Source: a virus. Taken from it: 64,000 nucleotides of DNA. Below the pieces are notes generated by a model. The model was not told the origin of the DNA and did no database searches. It worked only from the letters and a program-made list of their open reading frames with translations. Below, in pieces: positions 1 to 9,798 of the stretch. Each line of letters starts with the position of its first letter. Within the stretch, counting starts at the first letter, position 1. The position numbers were made by a program, and so were the translations under genes. The stretch spans positions 13,183 through 77,182 of IMG/VR virus record IMGVR_UViG_3300030329_003698; one strand, written 5' to 3'.

Positions 1-88
1 TGGTAGATTAAATTTCTACAAAAGTTAAATTTTGTCTTTTGAAAACTTTCCTGATGTGGTTCGGATAGTCTGGAACTTTTGAGGGCCA

Positions 89-628
89 GTGAAAATGGAA
101 ACTAAGATAACCCTAAACCCAGCAGAGCAACTACTCTGCAAGATGATCGCTTCCGAGAGACACAAAACTGCTCGAAGCGCTGGAGTTAGGAATAGCAGAG
201 TGGGCGATCAGTCCGACGAAGAGACTGACCTTGAAGGCGTTGCTGCGGAGTTAGCATTTGCCAAGTTTTACGGCCAATATCCAACCGGTGTTTTTGATAT
301 TGGGGCTAGATCATCAAAAAAAGGAGAGGACAAGACTGGCGATATAACAATCAATGGTTTTATTGTTGATGTTAAAGCCACGACATATTCCAGCGGAAGA
401 CTCATAGCCGCTGAATGGAAGGACCATTCTCATATTGACTTCTACGCTCTTGTCGTAGGGGTGTTTCCAAAATATGAGATTAAAGGTGTTATGTCTACAG
501 AAGAACTTATCCAGCCAGACAGGCTTAACTATCTTCCCCGTGGCAGAAACAAAGTTTATCAAGCAACACAACCCGAACTAACATTTCCTGAAGAGTTGGA
601 GAATAAAAATGTTACACATTCAATTTAA
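89..628 (+). CDS. Hypothetical protein, possible PD-(D/E)xK nuclease fold
   Basis: E..(G)D...DVK pattern (AAELAFAK...GDITINGFIVDVKAT). Confidence 0.45.
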   Translation: MKMETKITLNPAEQLLCKMIASERHKTARSAGVRNSRVGDQSDEETDLEGVAAELAFAKFYGQYPTGVFDIGARSSKKGEDKTGDITINGFIVDVKATTYSSGRLIAAEWKDHSHIDFYALVVGVFPKYEIKGVMSTEELIQPDRLNYLPRGRNKVYQATQPELTFPEELENKNVTHSI

Positions 629-1850
629 CAGACGTGACTTCATGAAGGTTGGCGCTGTTGGCGCTGGTCTATCTGCTATGGGCTTGTCAGATGCTCACGC
701 AGACTCAATGCCCATTAACGACAAGTCTGTTATCTGGGTTTGGTTGGGTGGTGGCGCGACACAAGTTGAAACCTTCGATCCGAAGCCTATGGCTCCTGAA
801 GGCATCAAGGCTGCAAATGGATCTATAATGACTAGGGGAGATTTTCTCATTGGTGCAGACTTTATGAGATTGTCAACCATAGCGGACAAGATCTCTGTTG
901 TGCGATCATTCAGCCACAAAAATGCCAGCCACAGAACTGGTACACATTGGGTTATGACCGGACATAATTCAACTGACAATACTCCCCAATCCATGCAGCA
1001 AGAGCCGTCCTATGGTTCGATTCTGTCTTCCCTGTACGGGGCGAATCACCCCCTCTCAGGGATGCCAAGCTACGTCAGGGTCAACGGGATCAGCTTCGAC
1101 GGTCCAGCGTGGCTGGGGAGCCAATACAAGCCCTACGAAGCCAAAGGAGAGGGCGTTGACAACCTCAAATCTCGGATCGAAGGAGACCGGTTTGTCGAAC
1201 GTAAAGATTTAGTAGGTAGCTTCGACAAGCTCAAGCTAACTAACGATCTTGAAACTTGGGGAGACCTAAGAAAACAATCGTATAGCCTCATCTTAGGAAA
1301 GGCTAGCGAAGCGTTTGATCTAAAAAATGAGCCAGAACGAACTCGAAAAAGGTATGGAGATGTTGGGATAGCAAAACAACTACTTCTTGCTCGTAGACTC
1401 GTTGAGAACGGTACTAAGTTTGTAACACTGCATTACGGTGGCTGGGATATGCACAGCAACATCTCAAAGTCCTTACACAACAGAGTCCCTCCGCTTGACC
1501 ACGCTCTGACTACGTTGATAAACGATCTCGAAGCAAAGGGGATGACCAAGGATGTACTTCTTGTTGTTACCGGCGAGTTTGGTCGTACTTATCGTATTAA
1601 TAAAAATGGTGGACGAGATCATTGGCCACAACTTAGCCCGCTTATGTTTAGCGGTGGCGACTTTGATATGGGTAGAGCAATTGGTGAATCCACATCCAAG
1701 GCTGAAAGACCTAAGACAGACGCTTTTGGTCCAATGGATGTAACAGCCACACTATTCAGTCACTTTGGTATTGATCCACAAATTCAAAAGACCGACTTTG
1801 CCGGTAGGCCCAGATACTTCGTTGACGAAAAAGCAAGGGTTATTCTATGA
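609..1850 (+). CDS. DUF1501 domain protein with Tat signal peptide
   Basis: RRDFMKVG twin-arginine leader; WLGGGATQVETFDPKP, LLLARRLVENG, GGWDMH, GEFGRT, GRDHWP motifs typical of DUF1501. Confidence 0.9.
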   Translation: MLHIQFNRRDFMKVGAVGAGLSAMGLSDAHADSMPINDKSVIWVWLGGGATQVETFDPKPMAPEGIKAANGSIMTRGDFLIGADFMRLSTIADKISVVRSFSHKNASHRTGTHWVMTGHNSTDNTPQSMQQEPSYGSILSSLYGANHPLSGMPSYVRVNGISFDGPAWLGSQYKPYEAKGEGVDNLKSRIEGDRFVERKDLVGSFDKLKLTNDLETWGDLRKQSYSLILGKASEAFDLKNEPERTRKRYGDVGIAKQLLLARRLVENGTKFVTLHYGGWDMHSNISKSLHNRVPPLDHALTTLINDLEAKGMTKDVLLVVTGEFGRTYRINKNGGRDHWPQLSPLMFSGGDFDMGRAIGESTSKAERPKTDAFGPMDVTATLFSHFGIDPQIQKTDFAGRPRYFVDEKARVIL

Positions 1851-2173
1851 TAACATTTACAGACGCAGCAGTAGACAAGCTAAAAGAGTTCAGCCAAGAC
1901 CATCCAACCGCATTGCTCAGAGTCGGTGTGATGGGTGGCGGCTGTAGCGGCTTTGAATACAAGATGGGGTTTATTGAACAAGAAGAAGTTGACGACAAAA
2001 CATTCAGCAAGCACAAGCAGGGTGAATTGGATTTTGTGGTTGACAAAAAAAGCGAGCCGTTTATTCAAGGCTGCACTGTTGATTGGATTGAGGATCTTAT
2101 GCAAAGGGGATTTAAATTTGATAACCCAAATTCTCAAAGATCCTGCGGGTGTGGAAAGAGCTTTAGTGTATGA
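1847..2173 (+). CDS. iscA: Fe-S cluster carrier, HesB/IscA/ErpA family
   Basis: GGGCSGFEY and CGCGKSF motifs. Confidence 0.92.
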   Translation: MITFTDAAVDKLKEFSQDHPTALLRVGVMGGGCSGFEYKMGFIEQEEVDDKTFSKHKQGELDFVVDKKSEPFIQGCTVDWIEDLMQRGFKFDNPNSQRSCGCGKSFSV

Positions 2174-3051
2174 ACCCACTGAAGTGGTATGTCTCTAAAT
2201 TTCCAGAGGCGTTATACCCTTGTTCTAGCGAAAATCAACAAGAGTACGCTAAAAAAGTTATACTCGGCAAACAAAAGATGTCTGAGTCTACCGCTGTAAT
2301 ATGCGGTATAGCTAGAGATATATCACAAAACATCATAGCTACTATATCTAGGATCGAATGTCTGGGAGAAATGTTTGATGATTATAGAGTAGTTATATAT
2401 GAAAACGATTCCGTTGATGGGACCGACATAATTTTCAAAGAATGGGAAGAGTCTAACTACAAAATAAAAATCATCAGTGAAAAACTTGGCGATAAAAAAC
2501 ATGAATCCAGCACCAACACTGACAGGCTTATAGCTTTAGCCAATTATAGAAACAAGTATTTAACAGAGATATTTAGTAGAACTAGACAACCAGATTATAT
2601 TATAGTTACAGACTTAGACCTTAAAGGCGGGTGGAGTTACGAAGGGATATGCAACAGCTTTGGCTATGATCATTGGAGTGTAATGGGTTCCAATGGTTTA
2701 TTATATGGTTTATCTGAATCTTCTAAGGATGAAGACGGAAATCCTATAATGACCAGAGTTTATTATGATTCTTTAGCTTTCAGAAGAACAGGACATCCAC
2801 ATCCACATATAAGCTCTGAAATTAATGCGTTGTATTACAACAGAGGCGAAGAACCCCTCAAAGTCGAATCGTGCTTTGGAGGGGTGGCTTTATATAAACA
2901 CGAAGCATTCAAACACGGGGCGAGATACTCTGGCCCAGACTGCGACCACGTTGAACTACACAGGAACATGATAGACTTTGGGATACACGACATATATTTA
3001 AACCCCAGCCAAATAGTATTGTACTCTGACGTTAAATACACACAGGTTTAA
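2170..3051 (+). CDS. Glycosyltransferase, CAP59/GT69-like (GT-A)
   Basis: YENDSVDGT, RLIALANYRNKYL, DLD, SCFGGVALYK, CDHVELH, IYLNP. Confidence 0.7.
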   Translation: MNPLKWYVSKFPEALYPCSSENQQEYAKKVILGKQKMSESTAVICGIARDISQNIIATISRIECLGEMFDDYRVVIYENDSVDGTDIIFKEWEESNYKIKIISEKLGDKKHESSTNTDRLIALANYRNKYLTEIFSRTRQPDYIIVTDLDLKGGWSYEGICNSFGYDHWSVMGSNGLLYGLSESSKDEDGNPIMTRVYYDSLAFRRTGHPHPHISSEINALYYNRGEEPLKVESCFGGVALYKHEAFKHGARYSGPDCDHVELHRNMIDFGIHDIYLNPSQIVLYSDVKYTQV

Positions 3052-3054
3052 ATT

Positions 3055-4581
3055 ATGGATTATCTCAAAAACAAAAGATGGGATAACATAGCCCAAACAA
3101 CAAATGATGTAGAACTAAAAGAGACTATGGTTGCTGGTCATGGCGAATCAGAAGTCTTGCCACATACAAAATTAGACCTCTTGGTTTCAAAAACAAAGAA
3201 ATACAAGATTTTAGATTTCGGTTGTGGAACAGGGAGAAACTTAAAATACTTGAGAGACATCTCGACAGAGCTTCACGCCTACGATCTCCCGTCTATGATT
3301 GAGAGATGTAAAGAACTAACCCCAGAGAAGCCAGATCTATTAACCGGTGATTGGTCTGTAATACAAAACAATCGCTATGATATGATTGTTGCTATTTTTA
3401 CATTTCAATTTATAGAAGATGCCGATTATATAAGAAAATTTCTTGAAGATATGTCTAAGATCACGTCAATCTTGTACGTGATAACTAGATGTTATATCGA
3501 CTCACCTCAACGTGAAAATCTTGCAAAAATAATACAGGAAGACCCTAACTTTGAAATAGTCTTAGAGGGGTGTAGCATAGAAACTTTTGCTAAAGAAGTC
3601 TATCCAAGTGACGCTCACGCTGAGTTTATATGCAGGTCCAAAGCCGACCAAAGACACGTTAACCAGATAATAGAACTTAATCTGAAGTCTCCATTCTATG
3701 AATTTGATCCAGACTATCCATTTATATATAAATCTTATGCCGAAACAGTAAAAGATATAAAACGCTGGTCTGATTCGATTCCAGAAATTAGCGCCGTGGT
3801 TGGGATTCCTAGAAGCGGATCTTTTATTGCGGCTATAATTTCTGAGTATAGGAATATTCCGCTATTCACTATGGACGGCATACTTAATGATGGCATATGT
3901 TGGAGGCCCAGCATATCAAGACCTATAAACAGACCAAACGGCCCAGTATTTGTTGTAGACGATACATGCTGGAGCGGATCTTCTCTCAAGAGAACCAAGG
4001 CATATTTAAAAAATAAGGGTGATTATATTTATGGATCTCTATACATAAAAGATGATCGACAAAACGACGTTGATTATTTTTATGGTATTCTTCCAACTGT
4101 ATATCACACGTTTGAATGGAGCCTCCTAAGAGACCCCCAGTGCGGCTCTTATATATGTGATTTAGATGGAGTGTTTTGTCCAGACCACGACAAATCCACG
4201 ATTAAAGATGGAAGCAAAGAATATATAGAACACTTAAAAACAGTCAACCCTTCTCGTTATACTCCCCAATTCCCAGTCATGAAGATTTGCACAGCTAGAC
4301 TTGAAAAATACAGAAGCATTACTGAGGACTGGCTGTCGGTACATAAGATTAGATACAAAGAGCTAATCATGAGTCCATACAACTCCGAAGAGGAGAGGCT
4401 TGAAAAAGAGGGATTTGGAAAATGGAAGGCTGAACACTATCTTGGTACACCAGAGGCATCTCTGTTTGTAGAAAGCGAACACTCACAAGCTATTGATATC
4501 TACAATATGACACAGAGGCCGGTGTTCTGCATGGACACAATGACTCTTTACGGAGGATTAACTATAGATGTCTCTGATTGA
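3055..4581 (+). CDS. SAM methyltransferase + phosphoribosyltransferase + HAD-like fusion
   Basis: LDFGCGTG; GIPRSG and VVDDTCWSGSS; DLDGV and CTAR. Confidence 0.7.
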   Translation: MDYLKNKRWDNIAQTTNDVELKETMVAGHGESEVLPHTKLDLLVSKTKKYKILDFGCGTGRNLKYLRDISTELHAYDLPSMIERCKELTPEKPDLLTGDWSVIQNNRYDMIVAIFTFQFIEDADYIRKFLEDMSKITSILYVITRCYIDSPQRENLAKIIQEDPNFEIVLEGCSIETFAKEVYPSDAHAEFICRSKADQRHVNQIIELNLKSPFYEFDPDYPFIYKSYAETVKDIKRWSDSIPEISAVVGIPRSGSFIAAIISEYRNIPLFTMDGILNDGICWRPSISRPINRPNGPVFVVDDTCWSGSSLKRTKAYLKNKGDYIYGSLYIKDDRQNDVDYFYGILPTVYHTFEWSLLRDPQCGSYICDLDGVFCPDHDKSTIKDGSKEYIEHLKTVNPSRYTPQFPVMKICTARLEKYRSITEDWLSVHKIRYKELIMSPYNSEEERLEKEGFGKWKAEHYLGTPEASLFVESEHSQAIDIYNMTQRPVFCMDTMTLYGGLTIDVSD

Positions 4582-5530
4582 TAAACAAGACATGATTAAC
4601 TGTAAGTCTTGGATGAGTCTGGCTGACTGTAATTATGAGCTAGACTTCAAAGAAGGTGAAGTTCCAGAATCCTGCGTGGTGTATTGCAACATCGAGCATG
4701 TAAAAGGATTCTTTGAGGCTTGCAAACAAACCGACAATAAGTATGTATTGATAAGTGGTTTCAGCGACTTTGGTTTGGCTCACCAAGAAGAACATCCCGT
4801 GTCTGCGGATATGCTTAAATGGATACCGTTTATAGAATCTGACATAGCTAAAACTTTGAAATATGACTCACTAAAGATAGCACCAAGATGCGATCTAGAC
4901 AATTGTGATATCAACGACAGATATTCAGTAAAATGCTATAGCTTTACGCATTCTACATTTAACGAAATACCAAAGAACATCATCAAATGGTTTGTTGTTA
5001 ATCCTATGATTATGAAGAACAACATCCAAGGGATACCAATAGGCGTTGGAAAACACTCTACAGACGCGATAACATCAACAGAGATTCCCCCACATAAGAC
5101 GGGGTGGCTATATATTAACTGGCAAAACTACACAACAGAGAGAGTACACCTAAAACAGTACTTTGAAAACAACAATTGGGACTGGACTACAGTTCACGCC
5201 TCCCCAGACAGAAGTCTTGAACAATATTATGCAGACTTGGCAAGACATAGGTTTGTAGCATGCCCACCGGGAAACGGAATAGATTGCTATAGAGTGCTGG
5301 AGGCTATATATTTAGGTTGTATACCAATAATGGAAACAAGCCCAACATCCAAATACCTCAATGGCCTTCCAATTATAACCATAGATCATTGGGGACAGAT
5401 CAACTCTTTAGACACCCTAAAGAGAATGCATGACCATATTTACGCGACAGAAAACAGCTACACCCTAGAAAAATCAAGACTATCTTTTTGGGAATCCAAA
5501 GTAAGGGAGACGTTTAATGAAGTTTTCTAA
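4568..5530 (+). CDS. Exostosin/GT47-like glycosyltransferase
   Basis: FVACPPGNGIDCYRVLEAIYLGCIP motif. Confidence 0.7.
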   Translation: MSLIDKQDMINCKSWMSLADCNYELDFKEGEVPESCVVYCNIEHVKGFFEACKQTDNKYVLISGFSDFGLAHQEEHPVSADMLKWIPFIESDIAKTLKYDSLKIAPRCDLDNCDINDRYSVKCYSFTHSTFNEIPKNIIKWFVVNPMIMKNNIQGIPIGVGKHSTDAITSTEIPPHKTGWLYINWQNYTTERVHLKQYFENNNWDWTTVHASPDRSLEQYYADLARHRFVACPPGNGIDCYRVLEAIYLGCIPIMETSPTSKYLNGLPIITIDHWGQINSLDTLKRMHDHIYATENSYTLEKSRLSFWESKVRETFNEVF

Positions 5531-5762
5531 CACATCAACTATGATAGCGTATAATTACTTTATGTCTTCCAACATAGGATCAACCCACAACATAAACCAA
5601 TTAAAAAAGCACATGAGGTTGTTAAAAGCAGAATCAAAAAATACACACCCATTCATATCATCTTGTACACACCACATGATAAACAACATAGATTGGGATT
5701 TCATAGAAAGCGAACTAATTAATGCCCAACAAACCAATAAACTTAATAACCCCAATCAATAG
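5517..5762 (+). CDS. Hypothetical protein
   Basis: 81-aa ORF overlapping both neighbours in operon fashion. Confidence 0.45.
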   Translation: MKFSNTSTMIAYNYFMSSNIGSTHNINQLKKHMRLLKAESKNTHPFISSCTHHMINNIDWDFIESELINAQQTNKLNNPNQ

Positions 5763-6801
5763 TCTGGGGTATGGCGTAGCCGGTCTAAATATTCTCCTAG
5801 AATTAAACAAGATAGCGAATGTGGGTCTCTGGCCTCTAGGAGAACCCGACGTTGACCGCAGGCACTTTCCTGTGCTAAAAGAGTGTATACAAAACACAGA
5901 GATGCCTGATTTTGACGCGCCTTGTCTAAGAATCTGGCATCAACACGACATGAGTCAGTTTGTTGGTTCTGGTCTCAAGGTAGGTTTTCCCATCTTTGAG
6001 TTAGATACTTTTACCGACGCAGAAAAACACCACCTATCACATCTCGACAAGATCTTTGTCTGCTCAGAATGGGCAAAAGAGGTTGTCCTTCAAAATATCC
6101 CCTCTTTTAACAAGTCAGATATCTCCGTCATCCCTCTTGGGGTTGACAGGGGTGTGTTTGAATATAGTTATAACCAAAGAGAAGAAACGATATTTTTTAA
6201 TTGTGGAAAGTGGGAGGTTAGAAAAGGTCACGACTTTCTGATAGAAGCTTTTCTTGAGGCTTTCACACCGGAAGATAACGTAGAGTTATGGATGATGTGT
6301 GAAAACCCCTTCTACAGCGAAGAAGAAAACATGGCTTGGAGCAACAAGTACAAACAGTCCGCTTTGGGAGACAAGATTAGAATAATTCCTAGACAAACCA
6401 GCCAAAAAGATGTGTATAATATAATGCGGCAGGCTGATTGCGGAGTGTTCCCCAGCAGAGCAGAAGGTTGGAACTTGGAGTTGCTTGAGTTGATGTCTTG
6501 TGGTAAACATGTAATTGCAACTGACTATTCTGGTCACACCCAATTTTGCAGCAAAGAAAACTGTCTGTTGATAAACATAGAAGAAAAGGAAGAGGCTGTG
6601 GATGGCAAATGGTTTTTTGGACAGGGTAAATGGGCGAAGCTGACTGAGAAACAGCTACGACAGACCGCCTACTACATGTCCGCAATCCATAGAGCAAAGA
6701 GCAGAGGAAGTTTAGATCCAAACATCAATTGTATAGAAACAGCCGAGAAATTTTCTTGGCAAAACACAGCAAGGGAGATTCTCAATGCCATCTCCGAATA
6801 G
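5722..6801 (+). CDS. GT-B (GT4-type) glycosyltransferase
   Basis: GKWEVRKG and PSRAEGWNLELLELMSCG (E-x7-E). Confidence 0.85.
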   Translation: MPNKPINLITPINSLGYGVAGLNILLELNKIANVGLWPLGEPDVDRRHFPVLKECIQNTEMPDFDAPCLRIWHQHDMSQFVGSGLKVGFPIFELDTFTDAEKHHLSHLDKIFVCSEWAKEVVLQNIPSFNKSDISVIPLGVDRGVFEYSYNQREETIFFNCGKWEVRKGHDFLIEAFLEAFTPEDNVELWMMCENPFYSEEENMAWSNKYKQSALGDKIRIIPRQTSQKDVYNIMRQADCGVFPSRAEGWNLELLELMSCGKHVIATDYSGHTQFCSKENCLLINIEEKEEAVDGKWFFGQGKWAKLTEKQLRQTAYYMSAIHRAKSRGSLDPNINCIETAEKFSWQNTAREILNAISE

Positions 6802-7087
6802 CGGCAAATCTAAAGCTGCCTACGAGTACGAAGACCCTAAGACTGGAGAGCTTTTTTACTATTCCAGAAAGGGTGTATACAGAAAGAACGGAAGAACTTT
6901 AGTATTTAAAAAAAGAACAAGAGGAGAAGCTATGCCTGATCACATTTTAGACAAAGCTGCACAATCCTACGCCGACAAGAAGGCTGGATATCCCCCCAAC
7001 TGCAACGAGGGGTATGTTGCGAAAGATGGAAAATGTGTTCCGGTCGACGAAGATGAAGCTGGCTATAAGAACAAAAAGAAAAAGTAA
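6785..7087 (+). CDS. Small basic hypothetical protein with C-terminal C-x10-C motif
   Basis: YPPNCNEGYVAKDGKCVP; possible internal start at 6932 after GGAG. Confidence 0.6.
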   Translation: MPSPNSGKSKAAYEYEDPKTGELFYYSRKGVYRKNGRTLVFKKRTRGEAMPDHILDKAAQSYADKKAGYPPNCNEGYVAKDGKCVPVDEDEAGYKNKKKK

Positions 7088-7090
7088 CAA

Positions 7091-7924
7091 ATGATATCTA
7101 CTATCATCTTTTCTAAAGATCGCGCTTGCCAACTAGACCTACTACTAGGTAGCATAGCCAAGAATTGCCCACACCTTTTCGATCTGACTATTATTTACAG
7201 TACCTCCAACGAGACATTTCAGCGTGGGTATGATAAATTAAAGTCGAAATACTGGGAAATTAATTGGGTTAGACAACAAACACCCCCTTCAGACTTTAGA
7301 GAGATTACATTGTCTCAGATAGATAAAGCTGGAGACTATCTCTGCTTTTTCGTAGATGATAATATAATCTATAGAAAACTTGATTGTAAAGAACAAGATG
7401 TAAAAGAGGTATTTAATTGTGGTTATGATTTGTGTTGTTTGTCGCTTAGGCTTGGAACCAACACCCTAATTCAAAACGAATATACAGGAACGGAAAGTCC
7501 AACACCAGCAGAAGTTGCTCTGTTTAACGACAAATACATCATATGGAGTTGGGAAAATCTCCCAGAACACACAAACTTTGCCTACCCTTTTTCTGTGGAT
7601 GGACACATATACAAAAAACAAACCGTTCTGGACATTGTAGATTATGACTTTGACACACCAAACGGTTTTGAGGGGAGAGGAAAAAGAGACGGGATGCCTA
7701 AGTTCATGTCCTGCCCTATAGAAAGTGTGGTTGTCAACAGCCCCGTCAACCTCGTTGGCTCATCACAAAATAGCGCAGGTCTGAAATATGGAGTCTCGCT
7801 GGAAGAACTGAACGATATGTTTTTATCAGGACGCGCCATAGATTTGGATTCTATGGACTTCTCTAATGTGAGAGGATGTCATCAAGAGATTGAATATAAA
7901 TTTACTGGAGAAGTAACATGCTAG
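7091..7924 (+). CDS. Putative GT-A glycosyltransferase
   Basis: IIFSKDRACQLDLLL start, FFVDDN, YPFSVDGHIY; glycan gene context. Confidence 0.55.
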   Translation: MISTIIFSKDRACQLDLLLGSIAKNCPHLFDLTIIYSTSNETFQRGYDKLKSKYWEINWVRQQTPPSDFREITLSQIDKAGDYLCFFVDDNIIYRKLDCKEQDVKEVFNCGYDLCCLSLRLGTNTLIQNEYTGTESPTPAEVALFNDKYIIWSWENLPEHTNFAYPFSVDGHIYKKQTVLDIVDYDFDTPNGFEGRGKRDGMPKFMSCPIESVVVNSPVNLVGSSQNSAGLKYGVSLEELNDMFLSGRAIDLDSMDFSNVRGCHQEIEYKFTGEVTC

Positions 7925-8130
7925 ACTTTGTTAAAAAACATTACCTATGTCTTGGAATCGGAATGGGCATTGGCTACTGCCTACACTTCTGTCCGATTCT
8001 ATGTAACTGCGCTGGCAAGTGTCCTGTCGCTGGTGGCGAAAAGACCGCCTGCGCCTGTGATGGCTGTGCTTGCGATGTATGTAAATGTGATGATGGTGGT
8101 TGCAATTGCGGGGCGTGTCTCGTAAAATAA
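7918..8130 (+). CDS. Cysteine-rich, metallothionein-like small protein with hydrophobic N-terminus
   Basis: 15 Cys in 70 aa, repeated CxC motifs; GGAG SD upstream. Confidence 0.65.
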   Translation: MLDFVKKHYLCLGIGMGIGYCLHFCPILCNCAGKCPVAGGEKTACACDGCACDVCKCDDGGCNCGACLVK

Positions 8131-8169
8131 CCGCTAAGATTTAACGTAAGAACTAAAGGAAGGATAACG

Positions 8170-8379
8170 ATGAGTCCGACAATGAAGGCTGCTAGAGAAC
8201 ATTTTCACGCCAAGGCTGCGGAGGCTAGAGTAAGACTTGACCTGTATTCCCACCACCCACTAGCGGTTGGGGATCATTCCAACGTGGTTGAAGAAGTTAT
8301 CAATGCGACACAGGACTACGAAAGCGCCGTAAGCTGTATCGAAATTCTAGATGCGGTGGCTGGCGAAAACGCGGTGTAA
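8170..8379 (+). CDS. Small helical phage hypothetical protein
   Basis: AAGGA SD; HPLAVGDH motif. Confidence 0.6.
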   Translation: MSPTMKAAREHFHAKAAEARVRLDLYSHHPLAVGDHSNVVEEVINATQDYESAVSCIEILDAVAGENAV

Positions 8380-8768
8380 TGCTAAGATACAAAGTCAGAG
8401 TTCATTTAGGTATTTTTTGCACCACCCTTAGAAATCAACAAGAATACAAAATGCTTGTTGATGAAAATGGCGGTATACCTAGTGAGCTACTCTACGGCCC
8501 ACATGAAGTTGGCGATGCTCTTAGGAAGATCAGCAACAAGTATCTTTCTGTTGATGCAGACTGGCTAGATATAAGGTTTTCCAACATAGCAAATAGAGAT
8601 GTGGGGGACGACCGAGAACTACACATTAACTATGGTGTTGCAATCCCCGAAGATCTACACTTAAAGTCTGGCAAGTGGGTCAGCCTAGAAGAATGCTTAA
8701 AGGAACATGTGTATGTAGATAAAAATTATCATGAAATCCTATCTAACTTAAGCCTTATGATGATATGA
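8379..8768 (+). CDS. Hypothetical protein, possibly degenerate Nudix-like
   Basis: Coupled ORF; no intact Nudix box. Confidence 0.5.
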   Translation: MLRYKVRVHLGIFCTTLRNQQEYKMLVDENGGIPSELLYGPHEVGDALRKISNKYLSVDADWLDIRFSNIANRDVGDDRELHINYGVAIPEDLHLKSGKWVSLEECLKEHVYVDKNYHEILSNLSLMMI

Positions 8769-9115
8769 ATGACTACGTAGACCCACCTATTCCAGAGAAT
8801 ATAAACTGCTCCATGTCTTTTTATGTAGATGACGAAGACAATATTTGGGTGTCGGCAGAATGGACAGAGACCGAAGAAGGCTTAGACAAGTTTGCTGAGT
8901 TTATGTTTAAACTTAACTCTGGGCTAATGCTTTCTGACAGTCTAGGATTTCTAAAAGAAGAGTGCTACTCCCAAGGAAAGATTGATACATACAAAAGGTT
9001 TATGTTAAAATTAAACGATCTGTATGATGACGTGATACAAGAAGGCCACAAAGACGCAAAAGCCAAAGAGCGTCCGGTGGTCAGACCTACCAAAGTTAAA
9101 AACCTTGGCTACTAA
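8765..9115 (+). CDS. Hypothetical protein
   Basis: ATGA-overlap coupled ORF. Confidence 0.6.
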   Translation: MNDYVDPPIPENINCSMSFYVDDEDNIWVSAEWTETEEGLDKFAEFMFKLNSGLMLSDSLGFLKEECYSQGKIDTYKRFMLKLNDLYDDVIQEGHKDAKAKERPVVRPTKVKNLGY

Positions 9116-9124
9116 GAGGTTATA

Positions 9125-9778
9125 ATGCATAGAAAAACTGTAGCTTGGGAAAAATGGGAAGAGGACGCTCCTGATAGTCATATAGATGTAACAAACTTTT
9201 CCCCAGAGGTTAACACTTCTAGTACAGAGTTTAGCCCATCAGAGGAAATGCCGTCAGAATTTTATGATTTGAGTAGTGTTTTTGAAAGCATTCCAAAGAT
9301 GGTCAACACTCCTATGGGGTGGTTTCAAATAAACGACAAGATGTCCCCAAGCAATCAGTTTGACTGCTGGATAGGTCATGCTAATTTTGATATCACGCCT
9401 TCTGTAAGAGATGCTTTAGAGGAAATAGCAGGAGTTGAAGTTCTTGTCATATTGACTAGATATAGATTTTTCATTGGCATAGGAAGAATGTTTAACTTCA
9501 GAGATGTCAGAGTCACAATTGAAAAGGAAATTCTCAGCGACGGCTACTCTGGGCCGGAAGGAGAGATAGACTCTTCACACGCCACAGAACTGGTCGAAGA
9601 AATCAAACAGTCTTTAGTGGGCTATAACCACTGGGCAATCTTCGTATTTCCAAACGGAGAAGTTGATTACATCAGCGCAGACAACCCTGAAGATAAACAC
9701 TACAAAGACACGCTTGCCCTTTACAGAAATGCCAAAATAATAACTGGAGGCTTGTTAATAAAATCAGATGACAAGTAG
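9125..9778 (+). CDS. Hypothetical protein
   Basis: 217-aa ORF with GAGG SD. Confidence 0.7.
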   Translation: MHRKTVAWEKWEEDAPDSHIDVTNFSPEVNTSSTEFSPSEEMPSEFYDLSSVFESIPKMVNTPMGWFQINDKMSPSNQFDCWIGHANFDITPSVRDALEEIAGVEVLVILTRYRFFIGIGRMFNFRDVRVTIEKEILSDGYSGPEGEIDSSHATELVEEIKQSLVGYNHWAIFVFPNGEVDYISADNPEDKHYKDTLALYRNAKIITGGLLIKSDDK

Positions 9779-9798
9779 ATTATATTAATGGAGAAGGA

